Assembly: GCA_951406725.2 (NCBI GenBank)
Contig: OX597822.1
Coordinates: 11,966,001-12,030,000, forward strand
Direction: 5' to 3'
From: Octopus vulgaris
Lineage: Eukaryota
Length of the DNA stretch: 64,000 nt
The first letter of the stretch is position 1. Each line of letters starts with the position of its first letter. A program made the position numbers and the translations under genes. The notes beneath the pieces are model-generated. The model made no database searches. It was not told the origin of the DNA and saw only the letters and a list, made by a program, of their open reading frames with translations. Positions 55,363 through 64,000 of the stretch are shown here, piece by piece.

Positions 55363-55772
55363 TACAGTTCTATATTTAAGAGATAGGGAATTATGTACAT
55401 TATTTACATTATTTACAATTGACGGATATTTGTCCTCATCTTGTTTGTTGTTAACACAGCATTTCGGCTGATATATCCTCCAGCCTTCATCAGGTGTCTT
55501 GGGGAAATTTTGAACCTGGGTTCTCATTCCAAAGGTGTTTTTCTATGTTATTCTTCTTCGTCTTCTTCTTAGTATTATTATTATTCAGGTCACTGCCTGG
55601 AATCGAACTCGGAACTCTGAGGTTAGTAGCCTGCGCTCTTAATCACTACGCCATATGCCCAGGTTCGAAATTTCTCCAGGACGCCTGATGATGGCTGGAG
55701 GGTATATCAACCGAAACGTTGTGTAAACAACAAACAAGATGAGGACAAATAGCCGTCAAATGTAAATGATGT
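55363..55772 (-). mobile_element. tRNA-headed, hammerhead-bearing short element with an inverted 5' copy
   Basis: Minus strand: tRNA-like head 55660-55588 (tggcgtagtga, gagttcgattcc), (AAT)/(GAA) repeat, decayed hammerhead 55453-55498, tail to 55363. Plus-strand inverted copy 55658-55772 has an intact core at 55680-55725. aaaagcatt at 55349-57 and 55773-81. Confidence 0.8.
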
Positions 55773-56144
55773 AAAAGCATTAACGTCTACTCTTTTACTA
55801 TTTTACTTGCAAATCGAACCCAAGTCTTATTATTTACTTGCAAACCAAACCGCGCGCGTATGTGATAAGCTTAGATTCGAAACAGATTTGAAGTATATTT
55901 CTTGCCCTCACAGAAAATCTTCCTCGTTGCTTCGTATCCATGGGAGAAAGTTTGTGATTTATGTTTTCGTTAATGCCACGCTTATGACAGTAATTGATGT
56001 CAAACACTGTCCTGATGAAATATTAAGCAATATATACATGTACTAAGCGTACCAAGGTGAGTGAGTACTTCAAAGACTTTTCCAGTTCCAGATTTATGAA
56101 TCTTAAATTATATCTAGCTTTTGCTGATTTCGGTCGGATGCAGT

Positions 56145-56203
<59 letters not shown>

Positions 56204-57079
56204 ATCATCAAGTGTTTTCTGCGTTTTTGTTGAGTAATCATTCTCCTGTTAGTTACTTAGTGACTTAGTTACTATATATGTATATGTATATAAATATTAA
56301 TATATATATGTGTGTGTGTACGTACACAAATGAATGTTTATATGTGTATGTGTATAAAAGCGTATGAGTGACCATGTGATGTGTGCGCTCATATATGTAG
56401 AGTGCAAGAAAGTGAGAGAATGCGCAGGAGAGAGAGAGAGAAAGAGAGAGAGATACAGAGAGAGAGGGAGAGAGATAAAGCGAGACAGACAGAAAGAGAG
56501 AGAGAGACTGAGAGAGAGAGGGAAGTCAAACAGAAATCCAATATCCGCGTCTTTCATTTACTACAATACACAAGGAGCAGGCGGCAGGAGTTATTAATGT
56601 CCTCAGTTCTTAAATAATTGGATACCATTATAAGTGTGGCGGCGATTCCGGGCATATTTAACTCTTGGACATTTCTACCTTTCCATTAAAACTTGAAAAT
56701 CTTCGCTTGAATTCTCAGCGGGCCAGAAAACGAAAGAAGCTTCCATCAACGGCGTGAACACCTATCATTGTTGAAGACGCGTAATGTCAAGATAAAGAAG
56801 CGATGAAAGAGAAGGTCAGCTCAGTGCAATTTCAATAAGCGACATCTTAGATAATATTATTATTTAACCCGAGTAATTATTGTTTGGCAATGGTGGCCGT
56901 TGTTGTTGTTGTTGTTGCTGATTATGTGAAAGCTGTTGATGTTCCGAGTCGGTGAGTGTAGCGGGATGTGAGTTCGTGTGGTGAGTTCTGTGGTTTGGGT
57001 GTTTTCCGTCCTTAGTGGCGCTGATTTTAATAAGTAGCAGTTCAATTTTAGATAAGAAAATGTGGAAGAGATGCTTTCT

Positions 57080-57122
<43 letters not shown>

Positions 57123-57498
57123 AACTGTGTGTGTGTGAATGTGTGTGGAAATATATATGTAAATCTATATATATGTTAGCATGTGTGAATATATGTATAT
57201 GCATAAATGTGTATATGGCTATGTTTATGTGTTATGTATACACAAACACGCATAATCGTAAATACACGCACGCATACATACACACATATACACACATATA
57301 CACACACACCTGACTATTTAGGCGCACGCATGTGCGAGCCTGTGTCTCTCTGCGCGTTTGGAAAATAGAAAGAACATTTTTTTATAATTACGTAAAGAAA
57401 TAGAAAGTAGTATTTGATGATAAAGATGAAAGAAATATTTGCGAGAGAAGAAGATAAAAGATAGAATGAGAGTGAAGGATAGGAGGTGACAGAGTGAA

Positions 57499-57541
<43 letters not shown>

Positions 57542-57607
57542 GAAGAAAAAATGTGAAGAAAACAGAGAGCCTAAGTATGATTAACTTGATGTGTGTGTGT
57601 GTGTGTG

Positions 57608-57646
<39 letters not shown>

Positions 57647-57756
57647 AGGGATACCTGACAAACATAATAGAAAACACTAAAGCGTTGCGAAAGCGCAAGG
57701 GAGAGCAATTTAGAGTAAGAAACAGGAAGAACAATGAATATATGGAACGACTGAAT

Positions 57757-58005
57757 GAGTGAGTGGGTGAGTGAGTGAGTGAATGAGTGAGTGAGTGAGT
57801 GAGTGAATGAGTGAGTGAGTGAGTGAGTGAGTGAGTGAGTGAGTGAGTGAGTGAGTGAGTGAGTGAGTGAGTGAGTGAGTGTGTGAGTGAGTCAGTGAGT
57901 GAGCGAGTGAGTGAGTGATGAGTGAGTAAGTGAGTGAGTGAGTGAGTGAGGGTGTGAGTGAGTGAGTGAGTGTGTGAGTGGATGAGTGAGTCAGTTGGTG
58001 AGTGA
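57757..58005. repeat. (GAGT)n microsatellite
   Basis: Seen directly. Confidence 0.95.
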
Positions 58006-58420
58006 ACGAGGGAGCGATTAAAACAGGTTTATAAAGACCGGAACAATGAAAAAAAGAACGGATAAAATATACTTCGCTAACGAGGTTGAATAAGACAGAA
58101 ACAATTCCACAGTCTTTTCTCGGATCCTAAAGATCGGATCCATATCTCATTGTAATCTGCTTTTAATTACTATTAATTCAAATGAATTAAAATCTTCGGG
58201 TCGTTCTCATTGCTAAGAAGGTCTTTATAATGATTTAAATTTTCTTTTCCTGCAATTTTAAATGCAATATGCCAGCTACGCTTTGCTATGATGTCGTTAT
58301 ACAGCAGGCAGACCTGAGTGTACATTATATTTTTCAACTGATCTTCAGAGTTCATTCACGAAAAATTCTATGTGAACTCATGAGCTCCACCCATCTGCGT
58401 ATTTGCTTACCTGCTCATCC

Positions 58421-58497
<77 letters not shown>

Positions 58498-58514
58498 CAT
58501 CCATCCATCCATCC

Positions 58515-58572
<58 letters not shown>

Positions 58573-58814
58573 ATATATATATATATCTGTCTGTCTGTCT
58601 GTCTGTCTTTCTGCTTGTCTGTCGATCTAATTATTTATCTATGCATATGAGTACATATAAATATATTTAGACTTATAAAAGTGAATAACTATGTATATAT
58701 GTGTGTGCGTGTGTATGTCTGTATCTATTTATCCATGTATCCGTCAGTCTCTCACTCACCTTTCTCTCTCCACTCGCACACACACACACACATATATGTA
58801 TGTATGTATGTATG

Positions 58815-58847
<33 letters not shown>

Positions 58848-58887
58848 GTATGAATATATATCATGTATATATATGTATGTATATACA

Positions 58888-58954
<67 letters not shown>

Positions 58955-59004
58955 GTATATATATACATATATATATATATACATATATATATATGTATAT
59001 GTAT

Positions 59005-59045
<41 letters not shown>

Positions 59046-59595
59046 CATATATAAATTCTGTACGACTCTTTTACTCATCTTTCAGCCCCCTTCACACACT
59101 CTTCGTTCTTTCCGCTTTTCTTTTTCTCCCTTTCTTTTCCCTCCCTAATTCTTTAATCCCCTTTCTCTCCTTTCTTTCCACGTGACAGGTGTTCCGCCAA
59201 GCTTGATCTTTCTTTCTTGGTTCGACTACCAACCGTGTAGTATCTCTTTTATTCTGTCCTATGGCTATCATAAGGTTTCACTTTCATAGACACCAGGTAA
59301 ATTAATTCGTCCTTAGTCGAAAGATACCTGTTGTTTGTATTTGTAATTGTGTACCATTTCTTCGTTTTTGTCGTCCTTGGTTTCGTAAACATTCGCTTGC
59401 TTTCTTCCAAAAAATCTAGTGCTCTTAGCTGAGATTTTATTGGGACCGGCCAGATTGGAGCAGTCGCGAGTGTAACCGGCCGAAACTGCAACGACTGACG
59501 ATAGAAAAATCGAATGACCCATCCTTGTTTTTACCTATTCTTATTTTGTATCGTCTAACTGTCCGGATGTTTTGTAGTCGCTTGTTGTTTTATAT

Positions 59596-60365
<770 letters not shown>

Positions 60366-60368
60366 TCT

Positions 60369-60424
<56 letters not shown>

Positions 60425-61124
60425 CGTACGTTGATTAGACCAGCGAAAAAAGCGTTCATTATATGACCACGCCGCCATTTTAGAACTTCGTCTGCAACAT
60501 GATATGAGAGTAAGGGAAAAGGAGAGAGAGAAGGGAGAGCAATGGAAGTGGATAGAGAGAGAAGGGTGAGCGAGGGATGGGGAGAGAGGAAAAAGAAAGA
60601 GAAAGAAATGGGGAGAGAGAGACGAGAGGGTAATGGAAGGGGAGAAAGATAGGGAAGGGGAGAAGGTAAGGGACAGTAAGGGAAGGGGAGAGAGAGAAGT
60701 GAGAGAGTAAGGAAAGAGGAGAAAGAGAGTAAGGGAGGGGGAGAGTGAAGCAAGAGTAAGGGAAAGGAGAGATTAGGGAGAGTAAGTGAGGGGGAGAAGG
60801 AAAAGAGTAATTGGTCCAATTTTGGATATCTAGAAGATTGGTCAATCCATGTTAACGATGCCAGTGGTGTTCTCTATTATTTTAACTCCATCCCACAGCA
60901 GGCTGGGGGGTCTCCATTTTTCCATACATGATCAGCTGTACCCGATTTATCAATATCTCCCCGCGATGTTCCTCTACCTTTATACTTAGAGACTTGAACT
61001 CAGAACATAAAGGGCCTGATTATTTGTGTGTGCTTTGTGTTCGTTGTCTGTGTGTGTGTGTTTGTGTGCATGCGTGTTTGAGCCCGTATATATATATATA
61101 TACACACACATATATATATATATG

Positions 61125-61170
<46 letters not shown>

Positions 61171-61173
<3 letters not shown>

Positions 61174-61649
61174 GAGGGAAGGTTTGAAAATGCAATTTTA
61201 AAAGATGTTTATTTACTTTACCGGTTTCACGCTTTAGAAAAAAATTGCCAAAAGTAACATGTAGAAGTTTGGTTGCGTTAAATATTGGTGGTCACAAAAT
61301 GCTACAATACATATATACATGCTTTGGTAACAAGAACATGTTAAGAACATAAAAATGTTTAACAAGTTCATTAAAATATTGGGCACAAAAGATTACAACA
61401 TATATATACATTCTCAAGAAAATGTTAAAGATGGTTTCTAGAAGGAATTATTAAAAAGTTCAGTTGAATATTGGTATACATGGTGGACCAGGTCAGTTTG
61501 AACTTGCCTACTACTATAATATAAACTTTTTTGAACACATAATATTCTGTGCGTGTATACCAATATTTTTCTAAAACTTTTTCTAAAGAGTGAAACCGGT
61601 AAAGTAAATAAACATCTTTTAAAATTGCATTTTCAAACCTTCTTTCGTA
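61171..61649. mobile_element. Element with 72-bp inverted repeats (MITE or inverted Penelope pseudo-LTR)
   Basis: 61171-61242 is the inverse of 61578-61649; ends tacgaggg (mariner-like) but also carries a hammerhead-like ctaaaga-gt-gaaaccggta. Confidence 0.6.
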
Positions 61650-61689
61650 TATAATCCCACTCGTCCGGTACCTTACAACTCTACTTTGT

Positions 61690-61886
<197 letters not shown>

Positions 61887-61892
61887 CATATA

Positions 61893-63080
61893 TACTTTGA
61901 TACTTTGATACTTTGATAGGTTTCGGCCATTATTGGCCCAGGCCATGTCTAACTTAATAGCACCACCTGGTGAAGTCTTTCAAGTCAGAATTTGGGCACT
62001 ATGGCCCACTCAAGTAGAGAGTTATTGTTTACAGAGACATATCCGGGTGTAGGGGGTTTATCCGGGATTTCTTGAAGGAATCTGTCCAAAGACTTCTTGA
62101 ACCCTATAGGGTCAGTTTCTGTTTTAATGTGTTTTGGTGTAATGTTAAAGAGAGCGGGGCCAATTGAGGTGAAATAATTGTGCCGTATTGTTGTTATGAG
62201 ATGAGAGTGCGATTTTTGTTTTGGGCGGATGGCACGGGGCCCAAGCCTTGGATGTACCTTAAAGGTGATGCCAACATCATTTGGGCAATGCTGATGGAAT
62301 ATTTTCCACATCATGCAGATGATGTAGCGCTCACGACGACGTTGGAGAGAATAGAGTTTTAGCTTTTCTAGTCGACCCCAATAGTCGAGGCCTGTCATGC
62401 CATCTATCTTTTTTGTGATTGCCCTTTGAGGTGCTTCGACTTTTTTGATACCTTGTATTGTGTGGGGAGACCACAGTGGACAACAGTATTCAAGGTGGGG
62501 TCGGGCAAAAGTGGAGAAGAGAAGGATAATGGTGTGGATATCTCTCGACTGGAAAGTTCTGAGAATCCAGGAACACATTCTGCGGGCCATGTCAACTTTG
62601 GTGTTTATATGAGTGGCCCAGCTTACGTTGTTGTCCACAATTACTCCCAAGTCTCTGATGTTGTTGGACGCTGCGAGAGTTTCACCTGAAGGAAGGGAGT
62701 ATGGGAGTTTCAGGGCATCCTCTTTTCCAAAGTGGATTAGCTCAAATTTATCCTCGTTCAGCAGCATATTGTTTTTTTCTGCCCATTGGATAACAGCCAG
62801 TAGATCTGACTGAAGGCATGTCCGGTCACTCGCCTCATTTATGACCTTCTGTAGCTTGGAGTCATCTGCAAAGATTTTTATGTTGCTGTGCTTGATGATG
62901 TCATTAATGTCATTAATGTAAATGATGAAAAGAAGTGGGCCCAGCACAGTGCCTTGCGGAACGCCACTACTGACTTTGGCTGGGCTTGATTTTACCCCTT
63001 CAACTACAACATGTTGAGATCTGTCTGTCAGGAAACACTTAATCCATTTCAGTAACTTTCCAGAGACACCAATGTTGGTG
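61893..63080 (-). mobile_element. 5'-truncated CR1-group LINE in (TA)n
   Basis: Open frame [38 protein letters not shown]; 3' tail (tatcaaag)x3; TA runs on both sides. Confidence 0.9.
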
Positions 63081-63572
<492 letters not shown>

Positions 63573-63666
63573 CATATATTTGTGAGAATGTACAAATATG
63601 TAAAGTTGTCCCGCTTACCTGACGTAAAAGTGAGTGTGATAGCATGGGTGTATGTGCATGTATACA

Positions 63667-63699
<33 letters not shown>

Positions 63700-63755
63700 G
63701 TTTCTCTCTTTATATATATATATTGGCATAATCACCTATATATATATGTAAATAC

Positions 63756-63794
<39 letters not shown>

Positions 63795-64000
63795 TAATAT
63801 TAAGGCGGCTAATCGCAGTTTACAACCGAAAGCCACAGAAACAGACACACACACATATATGTTTATACGGAAGAAAAGAGAGAGAATGAGAGAGAGAAAG
63901 GGAGAGATAGAGAAAGATATATGATCATGTATGTTTTGAGACATATATTTATATGTGTGTCTCTTTGGGACCAGGATACTTGTAGAAGGGAGAGATTACC

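Noticed and set aside
55588-55660. tRNA-like sequence as a functional tRNA gene
   Set aside because: The acceptor and anticodon stems pair poorly and it is embedded in a repeat, so it is treated as a SINE head.
56560-57050. Unique-looking sequence as a coding exon (also 7170-7330, 29750-30000 and 55914-56056)
   Set aside because: No recognisable protein, with stops or weak splice sites. These may be UTR or regulatory, but the sequence alone does not support a call.

Overview
AT-rich, microsatellite-saturated animal DNA whose repeats resemble a coleoid cephalopod (Octopus-like; inferred from repeat content only). No intact host protein-coding gene is recognisable. Nearly all ORFs in the track are translations of (TA)n, (CA)n, (ATT)n and (TATC)n runs. 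The real content is retroelements and DNA transposons. These include a full-length but frameshifted R4/Dong-type RLE LINE in (TAA)n with a nested CR1-group LINE, further Dong 3' fragments, two Tx1/L1-type 3' fragments each inside (TATC)n, and CR1- and RTE-type fragments. There are also a Penelope-like GIY-YIG fragment, mariner/Tc1/Tigger remnants, Helitron-like elements, several tRNA-SINE families and a 5S rRNA-like copy. The most striking signal is about a dozen type I hammerhead ribozyme motifs from several unrelated short repeats, three with an intact CUGANGA/GAAA core. One family joins a tRNA-like Pol III head, an internal (AAT)n and a minimal hammerhead in a head-to-head, TSD-flanked unit. 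Its (AAT)n has twice been used as a landing pad by Dong LINEs. All calls were made by eye and boundaries are approximate.
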